Assembly (NCBI GenBank): GCA_964016885.1
Contig: CAXHJY010001535.1
Span: 1-44,654, forward strand
DNA length: 44,654 nt
Source of the DNA: Eledone cirrhosa
Taxonomy: Eukaryota
Reading direction: 5' to 3'
How positions within the stretch are numbered: position 1 is the stretch's first letter; each line of letters opens with the position of its first letter. A program made the position numbers and the translations under genes. Positions 14,263-28,500 of this stretch are shown piece by piece. Below the pieces are notes generated by a model that ran no database searches, was not told the DNA's origin, and saw only the letters and a program-made list of their open reading frames with translations.

Positions 14263-15304
14263 GTACACAAATGCATATATATATATATGTGTGTATGTGT
14301 ATGTGTGAGTATGTGTATGTGAATATGTGTGTGTGAGTGTATGTATCATAATCGTACGCAATTACATACATACGTTAGCATAATCGTATAATCATACATA
14401 TAAAAGTAGTAGAGTTGATATCCCGAATATTACGCTGGTGAAAAAAAATTAAATAAAACCTCCCCAAAAATTATAAATAGAAGCCTTAAAATTATCGATT
14501 GGACCCGGTTTAAAATTTACATATATCATAGCTTGCATCAAGTTAAAAAGCCTGATGTAGAATCGTATTGACAATTTGTCGACCACATTTTTCATAAAAT
14601 ATCCGTCAAATACCAATAACAGATTTACTGCACGTCTTGCACTTTTCTCTCTGTTTTTTTTTCTCTGTTTATTCTTTACTTCCATTCTCAAATTCCGTTT
14701 TCTTTTGAAATTCCTTTACCATTCTGTTCACGATCTGATAACGAATAGGAGATTCGGGCGCGTTTAACAAAAGAAGCTATGGAAAATATCTAAGACAAAA
14801 TGAGAGTCTTGGAGCCAAGAGTAGACAGCTGTCATTCCGACTATTGGTACAAATAATTAACAATTGAGAATAGAGTGTTTCCCTCCATTTTACTTCATTT
14901 TGTGAGAGGCGTGAGAAATAGCATTGCAGCTTTATGGATTGCTATACGTGTAGATGTATGTATGTATGTATGTATGTATGTATGTATGTATGTATGTATG
15001 TATGTATGTATGTATGTATTTGTGTTTGTATATATGTATATGTATGTGTGTATGTTTATATATATATATATATATATATATGTAATTGCGTACATTTAGG
15101 TTTATTTTAATGGGAATATACGTACATATGGACACACACATACATACATACACATGCACACATAAATATATAACTATATATACATATATATATATATACA
15201 TATAAAAAAAAGGAACGATCGACTTTCGTCAAATCGGACCGAGGAAACAATGTTTCCGTTGGTCTTTCCAGTTGCTAGTACTATGTATCGGTCGCAGCTC
15301 CAGA

Positions 15305-15385
15305 TAGAAGAAGCAACGTGAAATAAAGTGTCTTGCTCAAGGATCTAACGCATCGCCCGGTCCAGGAATCGAACTCACAACCTAA
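15305..15385 (-). mobile_element. tRNA-type SINE family B fragment
   Basis: GTGAAATAAAGTGTCTTGCTCAAGGA...CCGGTCCAGGAATCGAACTCACAACC (B-box GTTCGATTCC on minus); homologous to 36880-37190. Confidence 0.7.
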
Positions 15386-16907
15386 AGATTGTGTATGTGT
15401 GTCAACTCGTTTGTGTGCTGTTACATGTGCACATATGAATGTATATAATGTTGACCTAGAGTACATATGTCTTTTTGTGTACATATTCTCACAAACATGT
15501 GTACGCCTACACACACACCTATCGTGTTATCCTGCGTTACCCTCTGCGCTGGTCAACTAACCACCACCAAACACACACTTGCACATAGCCAACAATAATC
15601 TCCAGCCAGTATCTGACCTGCTCCCTGACATTTATACTCTCACATCTTTTTTACAAACAAACAGGCACACGTATACAAACACATAGACATTAACGTACAC
15701 ATGCCTGTATATATGTATAAGCACGAAATGGCTGTTTCATAGCGTTGGAGAGAATTCCCTGTGATATCCATTCTAGTTCTTTGTGTTCTGAACAAAATTT
15801 TGCCTCTCCTCTTTTCAGGGCCGATATAACACCAGCCCAGTATTCTCCATCTCTCTCTATACCCTTTTCTCTCTCGTTTCCCCTCTCTCTGTTTATGCCT
15901 ATACACGCACGAGATAATGGTGCATATTACTATACACGCATGTGTATATATATATAAATATCAGTAATAGAGTAATGGATATGAAACCTTTATAGACAAG
16001 TATTGTATTCTCTTATATTATATATATTCTTATTTCTTTTTCAAAAATATTCTTATTTCTTATACGCAAAGTGCAGTCAAACATCCCGTAGTCCCATCGA
16101 CCCCTAAGGTTGGAAACTGACCTGCTTCGGGAACCCTATTTTAGAGTGAAAACAGTGAATGAATGCAGTAGAATCAAAGTTGAATCATGATTGAAAAACG
16201 CGACTAGATTGAAATTCTACAAATGACTGATTTAAGTTTCCAGAGACCTGGTGTCATTAAAAATAAATTGTGTTTGCATAGAAACGCTGAAATTTCCACC
16301 ATGTTAAGTTTACGAATGACCTCTATCACTCTCAACATGCTTCCGGTGGGTTAGATGACTGCTCTATTAAAGCCAGCCGTGATTACGACGAACCTATACT
16401 GCATTCCTGTTCCTACAAACGACATCGTCCATTCACGCATAATTGAGCAGTTAGTCAACTAATTTCAAGTTTGATATTGTAAAAGTTTCGACAGATATTG
16501 ATTTTTGTATAAATCTCAGTCATTCTAATTTCGACACGAAGAATATTAATACACGTAAAGAAAATTTTTTTGTCCACTCACGCTCCTCCGCTCCCAGTTC
16601 AACATTGTGTTCATACGCCATTGACATCAAGCTTAAATCTAGCTGTATTTAGCTTATCTATTTGTAATCTCGCTTCAAGCTAACATCTGAACTCATCAGA
16701 CTTGCGTCCTTTAACAACAACAACAACCCGTTCTTAATTAAACTAATACTAACCTCTGTCAGATGGACACCATAATAATAATGCAGCAGATAGTACATTT
16801 TTTTTGTTTTTATAATAGAAAAATCACTGGTAGCCGTGTTGACTGGTGTTTCAATAGAAACTATTATAATCAAGGTTATTCTATATATCTGTATAATCTT
16901 CAATAGC

Positions 16908-16948
<41 letters not shown>

Positions 16949-17144
16949 AAAAGAAATCAATGATGACGATGATTATTATATTCATCTGTTATTCGTTTCT
17001 TATTCACAATGGTTATCTGAAATCTTGTAAAGAGTCAGACACTGACGCCATCTGTTGGAAGAATGGAAAACCATTTCATTATACATTATATTTGAGTGTC
17101 ATCAATAAGGAAAACAAGGACATTAATAATAATAATAATAATGG

Positions 17145-17292
17145 TTTCTTATATAGGCACAAGGCCAGTAATTTGGGGGGGAGGGGAAAGTCGATTAAAT
17201 CGACTCCAGTGCGTGACTGGTACTTTATTTTATCGACCCCGTAAGGATGAAAGGCAAAGCTAACGCAGTCGGGATTTGAAATCAGAACCTAA
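17145..17292 (-). mobile_element. SINE family A with (AAT)n tail
   Basis: AGGCACAAGGCCAG...ACTGGTACTTTATTTTATCGACCCCGTAAGGATGAAAGGCAAAG. Confidence 0.8.
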
Positions 17293-18364
17293 TGGTATGC
17301 CTCCTCCAACACATCGCTGTAACTTAGGTAGGTACATATAAATAAATATCTTGAACACAAGTAGATTTTAAATAACTCTTGACGCCCTGTTCCACATGAA
17401 ACCGTATCTTCTAATGTAAGGAGGGAAAAACTTTATCGCTAACAACTATCATTCTTTTCCTAGTTTTCTTCAGCGAACTCGACATTATGTGTTCTTCAAA
17501 ACATCGAAATACAGAAAGACTTTTAAATGAGGGTCTTGGACATACGTGGGTTTTAATCACCTAGTTGGCCGTGTAAAATGTGGGTCTATTGTATAGCTAA
17601 CACGGCATTTAACAACGAAGCAAGGCTTCTGTGTTTGATGTATGCATATATTCAAAGAGTTGCAGTGTCAATAACTGGTTAAATGGTGAATGCTACCAGC
17701 TCTCCAGTCATTATGAAGTTTCATATTATCCCTTTTATGAGTACATTTTTTTTTTACAGATGGAGTAAGATTGTACATTTTTTAAAAGAAATTACATTAC
17801 TTTGTTAAGCACTCCGGTTACAGACACACTTGCTGGTGCAATATATATATACACATATTCGTATATATGTATATACATATGGATATTCAGACACACATAC
17901 ACACAAATGTACGCTGAGACACATACATACACGCGCATATATTTGTATAGGCTTCAATGAGAGAAGAAAATATTTCTATAATGACTGTACTGTACTGAAA
18001 TTGTTAATAAGTTTAACAATCACCGTCATCCAAGATGATACAAGCCGATATGTTTGTCATTAGCTTATCTTTTCTGTAAATCGCGCCAATAAATGTAATA
18101 TGCATACTTATAAAATTTGTACAGTCGTGGTATTTGTGGCTGGCTAAACGATAAATGACATGACACGACCTCCCCACTCCGTCTACTCTCAAGAAGGCCT
18201 TATATGTCCTCTTCTATAAGTTAGGGGGATCTGTTTCATTTCATTACAATAGTAAACAGACATTATCTTTATTCACATACCAAAAAAGAGGCATAGAGTG
18301 AGAGAGAGAGAGATGGCGGAGGCATAGAGAGGGCAGGGTGGAAATGGAGACGAAGTTGGGAAAG

Positions 18365-18509
<145 letters not shown>

Positions 18510-18922
18510 AGGGAGGACATAAAGAGAGAGAGGTACATAGAGAGGAAAGAATGGAAAGACAGATAGGAATAATGAGGGAGATGAGATGTGGGTGAGAGTA
18601 GGGCCATAGAAAGGGAAGGATGGAAAAGGGAATCGATAGAGAAAGGCACAGAGAGGGGTTGAGAGAAAAGGAGAGATAAATAAGTACATGGATGAGGGAG
18701 AGGGAGAGAAATTTACATAGAGAGGGAATAGGGGAAAGAGTATAGTTAAGTTTAATTATATTTCATTTCGCCCATTAACTTTTTTGGCCCTTTTATCTTT
18801 CTCTTCATTTTCTCTTTCTCTCCTTTTTACTCCCCTTTGTCTTTCTGCTCCTTTGTCCCTTTCTCTCTTTGTCTTCTCAATTTCTGTTTTCATATCCTTT
18901 TCACTCTCTCTCTATATATATA

Positions 18923-19008
<86 letters not shown>

Positions 19009-19832
19009 ATATTCCCTGGCATCATTAACACAGCTACTACCATTGCCACTCCCAGCAACAACGACAATGAGAATCACAATGACAGCAGTAACATAAATAA
19101 CATTAATGGGAATTGTTCGAGGAATGATTTTCGTTCGCATTACAGCTTCCACCGTCCGAGTGTGACCTCCATAATTGGCTACACGAACTGAGCAAATGAT
19201 TTCTTTGATTTTTCATGAAATTCTACAGTAATTTTGTTAGCAGTACTTTTTACAATGATCAGAGGTTAACCACTCCATTATTAAGGCGATTAATGTATTT
19301 ATTGAGGAGGATGGCCGATTAAAAAAAACGTGATCAAAGATGAGGATCTCGAAGCAAAAATGGAAACCTATCCCTAAACGGTTGACATGAGGCTAGGAAA
19401 CACAAAATAAATATTGAACAGACAAATAAATACAAATAATAAAATAGTCAATTAAATGATATGACATTTAAATACTAATTGAAGGAATGTGCGTTTATAT
19501 TCAGCTGGCTTCTTAGGTTAATAAGTTTTGATTGAGCTTATTCTAATGATATACTTTCGCCATAACTTCGGAATGAACGAAATTCCATGTATATTGAAGT
19601 CTGGCGACATTACAACAGAGGAAAAATCTGTATATATTTTTAAGTTGGTCATAATATATACATAAAGTTAAACGTATGTATATATATACATTTAGAAATG
19701 CGCAACCGGTAAAAACTTAAAAACTTAAAACCACAACTGAATACTAACCCATACAATTACTAATACTCTTTTATTCCTAATTAAACCATTTTTCATCTGC
19801 GAACAATTTGTCAGCATTTTCTATTCCGTTTA

Positions 19833-19899
<67 letters not shown>

Positions 19900-20004
19900 G
19901 TATATATATATACATATATATTTTATAAATATATATATACATATATATTTTATAAATATATATATACATATATATTTTATATATATATATATACATATAT
20001 ATTT

Positions 20005-20046
<42 letters not shown>

Positions 20047-20047
20047 C

Positions 20048-20088
<41 letters not shown>

Positions 20089-20469
20089 GAATATTATAAA
20101 TAATCTGAAGTTAACTACTCGTTTGTTAAACAGATGAATATATTTATAGGAAAAATAATCAAAATGAGACCGACGGAGCAGAAATTGAAATATATGGCCT
20201 TTCTATAAACGCCTAGAGATATGGCGAGAAAACAAAAAAATATACTGGAAAATATAAATATTAAATGGTAGAAAAATAAATAAAAATTATATTGTCACAT
20301 TCAAATATTAATTGAAGAAATTTACATAAAAATTTGATTGAGGCTTTAGGTTAATGAGAATTACCTGAGAGTGATACAATGATATAATTTAATGAGCACA
20401 TTGAACCATATATGATATGTTTATGTATAATTAACATACGCTGTGGGTAACTTAAGGTGTCTTAATATC

Positions 20470-20681
20470 AAAGTGAGGTTTTATTTTTACAAAATGAAAA
20501 TTAACTGAGGTGTCCTACACGAGTGAAAGTATAAAGAAAAGAAGATGAAATCGAAAATGCAACTGGAGTGTTATTTAAAAAAATATATATATATTTATTT
20601 TGTTCCTTTACCGGTTTCGCAGTTCTTCTGCTTTTCAAAAGTAGAGTTGAGATGGAGGTTCTGTTGTTTTTCTCACATCTG
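20470..20681 (-). mobile_element. Single-arm copy of the U3:A8-HHR family including tail
   Basis: Colinear with 1468-1672 (AAAGTGAGGTTTT...TCGAAAATGCAACTGGAG...TTTCTCACATCTG). Confidence 0.85.
20604..20643 (-). ncRNA. Hammerhead U3:A8 variant
   Basis: Minus: UACUU-UUGAAAA-GCAG AAGAA CUGC-GAAA-CCGG-UA-AAGGA. Confidence 0.65.
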
Positions 20682-20693
20682 AGAGTGATATCA

Positions 20694-20770
20694 TACGAGG
20701 TGATATCAAAAAGTTCCCGGACGAGTTATGTTTAAAAAATAATCTAATATATTTACCTAAGTTTTATTTT
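20694..20770 (+). mobile_element. Tc1/mariner-like terminal inverted repeat fragment
   Basis: TACGAGGTGATATCAAAAAGTTCCCGGAC resembles mariner ends (TA-CGAGG...TCAAAAAGT); partner end not found. Confidence 0.5.
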
Positions 20771-20786
20771 CATAGTTGCATTTGCA

Positions 20787-20817
<31 letters not shown>

Positions 20818-20968
20818 GAGAGAGAGAGAGAGAGAATAAGATCATGATTGACTCTCCATCGATTTTAGCGATGCATATTTGTTCGGCTTATGAATTTGTT
20901 AGATTAACCTAAGTGCTTGTATTATTCACATACATGTACATCCTGTATAAAGTTGACCATTTCAAAAT

Positions 20969-21004
20969 ATCTGACGAATGTTGAACCGTTGAAATAATTA
21001 TAAT
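20969..21004 (+). ncRNA. Degenerate type I hammerhead (core intact, stem I lost)
   Basis: CUGACGA(20971)-AUG UUGAAC CGU U-GAAA(20991)-UAAUUA-UA; palindromic stem III. Confidence 0.45.
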
Positions 21005-22139
21005 CCGTTCCACAGGTTTCCACGGGTCACCCTTCATCTCCTTTGCACTCAGAAGTCTTAGGTTGAACCAAGTTTATGAAAAAAAATAATAAGAAGAATG
21101 CTTGCTCATGATTCTACGCTATGGAAACGAAATCGAAACCTCCTGATTGTGAAGCAAATTTGTTGTCCACTCAGCACTGCCAATATTCTCTCTTCATCAA
21201 ATATAAAGACAGTAAATGCAGGAGTTCCGTGGCAAAAGTTACACGAAAATTATATTCCTGAGTCGATTTATAAAAAGCACTCAAAGTTGTTAGTTAAATC
21301 TTACCAAACTATTTAAATGATTGATAAATTCCATTCCTCTTCTCACATACATTTGTCTGTTTGTGTATATTTTTTTCTTCTGTAGGAAAAACGATTCTCT
21401 GGAAATTATTTTTGATGTATTTTTGGCGCTTGTCGAATGTAAATAGGTTTTTGATATTCCCGGTTTACCTACGCTGTGATAGTGATCGAATAAATAGCCC
21501 TTTTGGCACTTATCAGGCGGTTTATCTCGGTGGTTGACATCTCAGTTTTCAAATGCTGTTGTATGTAGCTATTTCTTTATTTTTCTTTTGGGCGATATTA
21601 TTCCTTCATTTTGTTTATATTTTTGGTATTATTATTTATCTTTTAGTTCTTGTATTTGGCATTGTTAATGACAGAATATCTACGGTGCCAAAGAAATGTA
21701 GTGATGGTCTCTTTTAATAATATATCAAAAATCAAGGCGATGTTTACTACTCTTGCAAGTGAAAAAAATAAAGTGAATTTGTCGTCATTTTATTTTTTTT
21801 AGCAATTTTACCACAAATTGTTAGGTTTTTTCACTTTCTCCTGAATTTTATCTTTATTTCCGGTGTTATTTTATAAAACGTTTCTGTGAATATTATCTAA
21901 TGTACTCATGGAGAAAATATATGAAAATATTCGCTTTTGAATAGGTTTTAGAAGGTTCTGGAGCCTAGATCCTTCAGTTGTGTCACGTAATGACACGGCA
22001 TAAACACCAGTATCTCACCTAACCCTTATCTTTAGAATTTAATGACAGCAGCTTCGACCAGGGCTGTCGAGAATCAAATTGTCTTCTCCCCTTCCTTCCA
22101 CTTCACACACTTCATATTAATAGATATAGGCATACTTTG

Positions 22140-22190
<51 letters not shown>

Positions 22191-22247
22191 CTTATATCTG
22201 TGGATATAGACACGCACACACACACGCACACACGCACACATGCACAC

Positions 22248-22278
<31 letters not shown>

Positions 22279-22569
22279 TAATATATATATATACATGTGT
22301 GTGTTTGTAAGTGTATATATATAAATATATATATATATTTATGCACTTACAAACAGATACTCATGCATGTATATAAATATATATATATGTATATATATTT
22401 ATATATACATATATATATATATATATTTATATACATATATATATTTACGTTCTTTTTCAAATCGTTGTAAATAAGATATCACTATCAAGCATAAAGAGAT
22501 GTAAGTACCATAAGGCATTTCGTTTGACGCTCTACCTATTATACCTCACATCACCTTTATAATAAATTA

Positions 22570-23150
22570 TTCTAGCATTGGCACAAGTCCAGCAATTTGA
22601 GAGAAGAGGAAGTCAATTATGTCAATCCCAGTACTTAACTGGTACTATTTTTATCGACCCAGGATGGATGTAAATTAAATTTGAACTCAGGATTTTTTAA
22701 CCAAATATTCCAAAGTATTTTGTTCGACGTTCTAACGGTACTTCAAATCCACCGCCCTAAATAATTATTTTTAAATTAGACACAAGGTCAAATACTTCAG
22801 GTGAAGAGAAATTTGCTTACATCGACATCAGTACGTGAGTGGTAATTTATTTTATCGACACCGCAAATATGAGTGGCAAAGTTAACTGTATTCGGATTTG
22901 AACGGAGAACTTAAACAGCCGTCAATAATGTCGTAAATCATTTTGGTCGACGTTCTTACGATTCTCTGAATCTACAGCCCTTAATTCTTTCTATTTTATG
23001 CACAGGACACAATAAATTGGGGAAATGTTAAAGCCGATCATATCGACATAAGTATGTGACTGGAATGTCAAAGTTGACCTCGACGGGATTTGAACTCAGA
23101 ACGTAAAAATTATTAACTAAATATTACAAAAAATTTTGATCGACGCACTT
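22570..23150 (-). mobile_element. Three tandem diverged SINE family A copies
   Basis: GCACAAG/CACAAGG/GCACAGG starts near 22580, 22780 and 23000, each followed by ATCGAC and ATTTGAAC motifs. Confidence 0.75.
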
Positions 23151-23384
23151 CGGAGGCTGTATACATATTGAAAATGAAATAAAACATTAGGTTACACACA
23201 AAAAGTTAAGACATTCCAAAACTATCCAAATGCAAATCACATATGACACGACAAATTTAAATAAAGGATGGAACACAACAGAGACGACCAGACATACAAT
23301 AATTCTAGTCACAATAATGTATATATATTACAGAGCTGAACCATTCTATTTGAGAGGCTTCCACACAGATCCCTTCTGGAGTAG

Positions 23385-23900
23385 TGGCATGTGGTAATGG
23401 TGGTGGCATGGGGCAATAGTGGTGGTGTGTGGTAATAGTGGTAGTATGGTTAACAGAGTTGTTGACGAGTGAGATGGTGTGGTGATATTGGTGGGGAAGA
23501 TGATTGGCGGAAGTAATCTATGAATTATTGCTGCTGCTAATGGTGGTGCTAGTGGTGATGGTAATGATGATGATGATGGTAGTGGTAATGGTGAGGGCAA
23601 TGGTGATGATGGTGGTGATGGTCGTTGCGGTCATGGTGGTGGTGTTGATAAAGAGGATGTCGGTCACGATAATAATAATCATGTAGATGGTCAGGTGGAT
23701 GATGATGATAATGATGATGATGATTGCAACGAGTATGAAAATAATTTACCACAAGAACGAAATAAAATATAACTATGATGCCCTATATAACAGTTGTGAT
23801 GACCATGATGTTGATGATGATTGTGATGATGATGATTGCTATGATCACATTGGTGATGATGTTGGTAAGTACGGGGGGTGTCGGGTTGATGGTTAAGGAT
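23385..23900. repeat. Degenerate (GGT/GAT)n trinucleotide low-complexity region
   Basis: Directly visible. Confidence 0.85.
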
Positions 23901-24134
23901 GGAAATGGTAATGGATCGTATTAGTGGCCAGCGGTTTATATACGGGAATATGAAAGGGGGAGGACCGGAAAAATGGAAACGTTCTTACTTTTAGGTCCAA
24001 TATTTGATGGAAACAGTTCAGCAGTTGGGTGATGGACTGATTGGGAGAGATAAAGAGATCTGTAGAGGCGGGAACGAGAGGGAGAGAGAGAGAGAGAGAG
24101 AGTTTGAGAGTGAGTAGGAGAGGGAGATAGAGAG

Positions 24135-24196
<62 letters not shown>

Positions 24197-25860
24197 TCAT
24201 AGAAGAGAAATAAAGAGAGAGATGAAAGAGAGGGAGAGAGACAGACAGAGAGAAAGAGAAAGACAAATAGAGAATATGTGAGATCATAAAATATGAGGAA
24301 GAGAAAGGGACGACTATACTGAATGAGAAAGGAGAACATTAATGAGGTAGAGTGATAGAAAAGGGTAGTTAGAGAGGGACAGAAAATAAGGAATTAAGAA
24401 AGAAAGAGAGAGGATGGGAGAGAGAGAGAGAGAAAGGACATCCAGAAAAAGAAAGAGCAAGAAAGGAAAGATATGAGGTGCAGAGAGTGTGGAATATATA
24501 AAAAAATGTGGAGATGGTGATGAGGGGTAGATAATGGAGGGATGAATCTCGATTACGCCCTCTCCGCCAAAATCTTATTTTAGTTTGGAGATACGCAATA
24601 ATGGTTTCTCTGTCAAATCTCTCTCTCGATATATATATATACCACATAAAAAACATAAAGTTCGTTTGTCTCAAAAGGTATCTCTGAAGAGAAAATTCTA
24701 TACTCGGTCTAGCTACAGGAAATACTTAATTTCTCGGGTAACCATTCGACCCTTGGGTATTACTGGTATTTTATAGAACCTAAAGTCCCTGTCGCCTCTA
24801 TTATGTCCAACGCTCTAATGATTCCAATAATCCATCGCCGATAGATTATACAAACCTATTCTGAGCATCGGTAATAGAATAAGAATCATTTACTCCTGTA
24901 GTTTAAATAAACTATTCTGTTTGGAATTTCTGAGAGCAATACTAAATTCAATATACACATGGGAAGTCCTAAAGGTATAACACATCTATATATATATATT
25001 TCTTTTACGATTTTCCTCATCGTGCTGTCGACATAACATTTCGATAAGCCTTCTTTCCATTATCTAAAGATTTACACCAACATTTTCTAATCGTTCTTTG
25101 TTCAACAAGGGCATTTTAATCAATTGTTGCGCACAAATTCACTTCCAGTAGTCAGGCTGCTGTTCAAATCAGATGACACATTGCAAAGCTAAATAAAACA
25201 ATTTGAAGATTCTGCTGTGAACGAGAACGATTCGTAAAGTAATTTTTCTTTCCCTTGACAGGATGTCACTTAACCCTTTTGAATCCAAACTGCCTGAAAC
25301 CGACCTCCGGGACTACAATACGAAATTATTTATATTAAAGTGTTGTTGTTTAACTAAAACCTTCTGTCATAATTATATATCAGAACCATTTTTAAGTTAT
25401 TTTCCAAACAACAGCTAAATTATAAGAACCAGCAGAAAAACCACACTGTAGTGTGCATATTGATATTATACGCAAGTATATATACATGTAGATATGATAC
25501 ATCAAATAAAATCGTAATTGACAATATAAACAGAAATTCGACGAATACGTTGTTACACTGTCTTATGTAATCAGTAACGTAACCCATGATACATTAAAAA
25601 AAGACGATATTATATATAAACTGCATTAGGAGAAAATTAGTGACAGAAAATTAGTATGTTTATTTAAGTGATCACCACCGGAAGTGCTGACATCACACAC
25701 TCTCTCTTTCTATATATATATGGTAGTTGAAGTGGTGGCGGTGGTGGCAACGATATACCGGAAGTGCAACTTTGAAAAGAAGTCAATTTTAAATTATTTA
25801 CTTTTACGAAATTATTTTTGTTTACGAAATTTAGTAGATAAATTATGTAATATTCATTCA

Positions 25861-26031
25861 TTGGCAGTATCGGTAGAGGGTCGGACATGCTTTCCAGCAT
25901 AGTTACGTCCTTTAACGATCTGAGTTCAAATCCCGCTGAGGTTAACTTTGCCTTTCATCCATACGGGGGTCGATAAAATAAAGTACCAGTAATGTACTGG
26001 GTAATTTCTGGCCTTGTGCCAAAAGTAGAAA
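25861..26031 (+). mobile_element. SINE family A, near full length
   Basis: TTGGCAGTATCGGTAGAGGGTCGGAC (A-box-like)...GAGTTCAAATCCC (B-box)...GGCCTTGTGCCAAAAGTAGAAA. Confidence 0.88.
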
Positions 26032-26878
26032 TAATTATTTATTCAAAGTAATCCAACTTATTTTACTAACAGGATAAAAAAAAAACCGTACGCAGTCCCG
26101 CAGACCTTCCTTTATTATAGTTTAGATGTTATTTATTTTACAAATTCCTTCCAAAAACTTCATTGCTTTCAAACCTATTTGTATATTATAGGCAATATTT
26201 TTCATCAGAGATATATTAACGAATGTATTAAAGATGCTGCAAAAGTGTCCAGCATCGATTGTCTTTAATATTTTTGTTCTCAAAGATTGGTTTTTAGATT
26301 CATGAGTGTATTTTCCTTTTCATTTAATTTTTCGTAAATCTTTGGAGCTTTTGTTACAAACGAAGTCGAGTTCTGTATATACTGTTGATTATAAACCATC
26401 TGCGCCATAGTCACTAACAACCTATGTTATATTCGTCATGTTCGTATCTGAAATAATATAAATAATATATATGAAAGTATGCGGATTTCGCCATTGTTAC
26501 TTGTCTTCTTTATTTGATATAGGATTTTGATTTTCTTTATCTATTTAAAAATGAAAAAAATTTACAGATTTTGTTTTACATGTCTTCCATTTTTATTACA
26601 AAAGCAGCAACAACAATTCTAGTAAATAAAAACAACAATAACAAAAACGAAACCCAAAACAATATAACAACAACAAAAATAGAAATAAACAACCAAATAA
26701 GAAAAAAACAAAATAATTGGGTGTTACTTTTTATGGCTGCCATTGTAAATATGTTGAAAAACAAGATTACAAAACAGATATCTGTTAGGCAAAATAAAAT
26801 AAAAAATGATATGATTTTTATCATTACTAATTTACAAATCTTTATTGAAGTTTAAATCACCTCCAACATCATTCTCAT

Positions 26879-27157
26879 CGTCATCACAACTACCAAAGAC
26901 ACCATCTTTACCACCAGCAATACCCCTGCCGTCACCACCAGCATTACCACTGCCGACATCATCAGCATCATCGTCATCATAACTACTACAGACACCATCT
27001 TTACCACCAGCAATACTCCTACCTCACCACCAGAATCACCACTGCCGACATCATCAACATCCTCGTCATCATAACTACTACAGACACCATTTTTACCACC
27101 AGCAATACCCCCACATCACCACCAGCACCACCACTGCCGTCACCATCAGAATCATCG
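26879..27157. repeat. Minisatellite, 3 x ~92-93 bp, within CAC/CAT-rich region (26860-27345)
   Basis: Unit starts CGTCATCA(C/T)AACTAC at 26879, 26972, 27064. Confidence 0.9.
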
Positions 27158-27541
27158 TTAGCACAATTACTACTGTCATCCCCTTTACCACAAGTAGTAC
27201 CACCAGCACAAAGCAACCACCGCCATCCCACTACCATCATCATCGTCACTCCATCATCCCCGTCGTCACAACCAGTATCATCGTCGTCATCATCATCAAA
27301 ATCGTCGTCAGCATTGTCATCATCTTCATCATCATCGTCATCGCAAGGAATTACTTTTGAGAAAGAAATACAAGACTGAAATAGAAATTTACAGACGATG
27401 AGGAAAGCAAACAAATAGAGTTGCAAGTTAACACATTTATACGTATACGTAATCAATAGTGTTGTATATACAATCGATACGAATAACGGTGACACACACA
27501 CGCCGCACACAATACACATGCATACGCACACACACTAACCA

Positions 27542-27577
<36 letters not shown>

Positions 27578-27578
<1 letters not shown>

Positions 27579-27757
27579 GGCTATATCGTGAGTCATGCTA
27601 CTCTGGAGTTTGGCCTGTTTATCACAGTCATCAATTGAACCCGTGATAAACAGGCTAAATTCCAGAGTACAAAGACTCACTATTTAGCCTTAATAAAATG
27701 AATATTTAAACTCTACTTCGGTATTGAGTACTCTTTTCTCTCAACCATCAACCGCAT

Positions 27758-27760
<3 letters not shown>
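27578..27760. mobile_element. Fold-back element (27578-27690, axis ~27634) made of HHR 3' halves, plus tail 27691-27760; flanked by (TA)n
   Basis: AGGCTA..GTGAGTC..TACTCTGGAGTTTGGCCTGTTTATCAC vs GTGATAAACAGGCTAAATTCCAGAGTA..GACTCAC..TAGCCT; minus UUGAUGA-CUGU GAUAA ACAG-GCCAAA-CUCCAGAG-UA. Confidence 0.8.
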
Positions 27761-27797
<37 letters not shown>

Positions 27798-28334
27798 AGT
27801 GTGTATACTAGTAGCTGTTGTTGTAGTAGTCATTATTATCATATAATCATCACAATAACAATATAAAATAATATAAATAATAAACGTTCATTTTTATTGG
27901 GATATCAGAGAAATCGATATCTTCGAAACCGAAAACGAAATAATCAAATATGAAAATATGAGGAAAGTACATTGAAAAATAGAGATCAAATATCAATAGA
28001 CAATGTGAAGTGGATTCTAAATAGAAACTTAAGGATATAGCCACTTAAAGAGGATCAGATCATACCAAAATCTCGATAACTCTTAAGTTATTGATTTTGC
28101 TCGGAAAATATATATAGCCGTGCTCCCCAAGTAAATGAAGGAGCCTTTATAAAGTTGCTTGAAACCCTCCTCAGTCTCTGAAAAAGTACCAGCCAAATCT
28201 CGATTTAACCCTGTCACTACCAGCAGCACCATTAATATTACCAGCAACACACCAACATCAACCCCACCACTACCACCACCACCATTGCCATTACCAATAC
28301 ATCCATCATCACGCCTGAATCTGGAGAGAGATAG

Positions 28335-28500
28335 AGGAAGAATCAACTCCAATAGTGGATTGGTACTTTATTCATCATCCTCGGAAGGATGGACGGATGG
28401 AAAGGCAAAACTGACCTCGGCGGAATTTGAACTCAGATGGCAGAGAGCTAGAACGAATATCGCGATGCACTGTATTCTATGTTCTAACGATCTCTACCCA
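28335..28500 (-). mobile_element. SINE family A, diverged
   Basis: TTGGTACTTTATT...GGAAAGGCAAAACTGACCTCGGCGGAATTTGAACTCAG. Confidence 0.8.

Noticed and set aside
16655-16705. Minus-strand CUGAUGA + hairpin + GAGA
   Set aside because: GAAA is mutated and there is no stem III or stem I; likely chance.
25678-25765. Two ACCGGAAGTG (ETS-like) sites
   Set aside because: No associated gene or TSS evidence.
27019-27531. 170-aa Asp/Gly-rich ORF
   Set aside because: Product of trinucleotide low-complexity sequence and the minisatellite; no recognisable domain.
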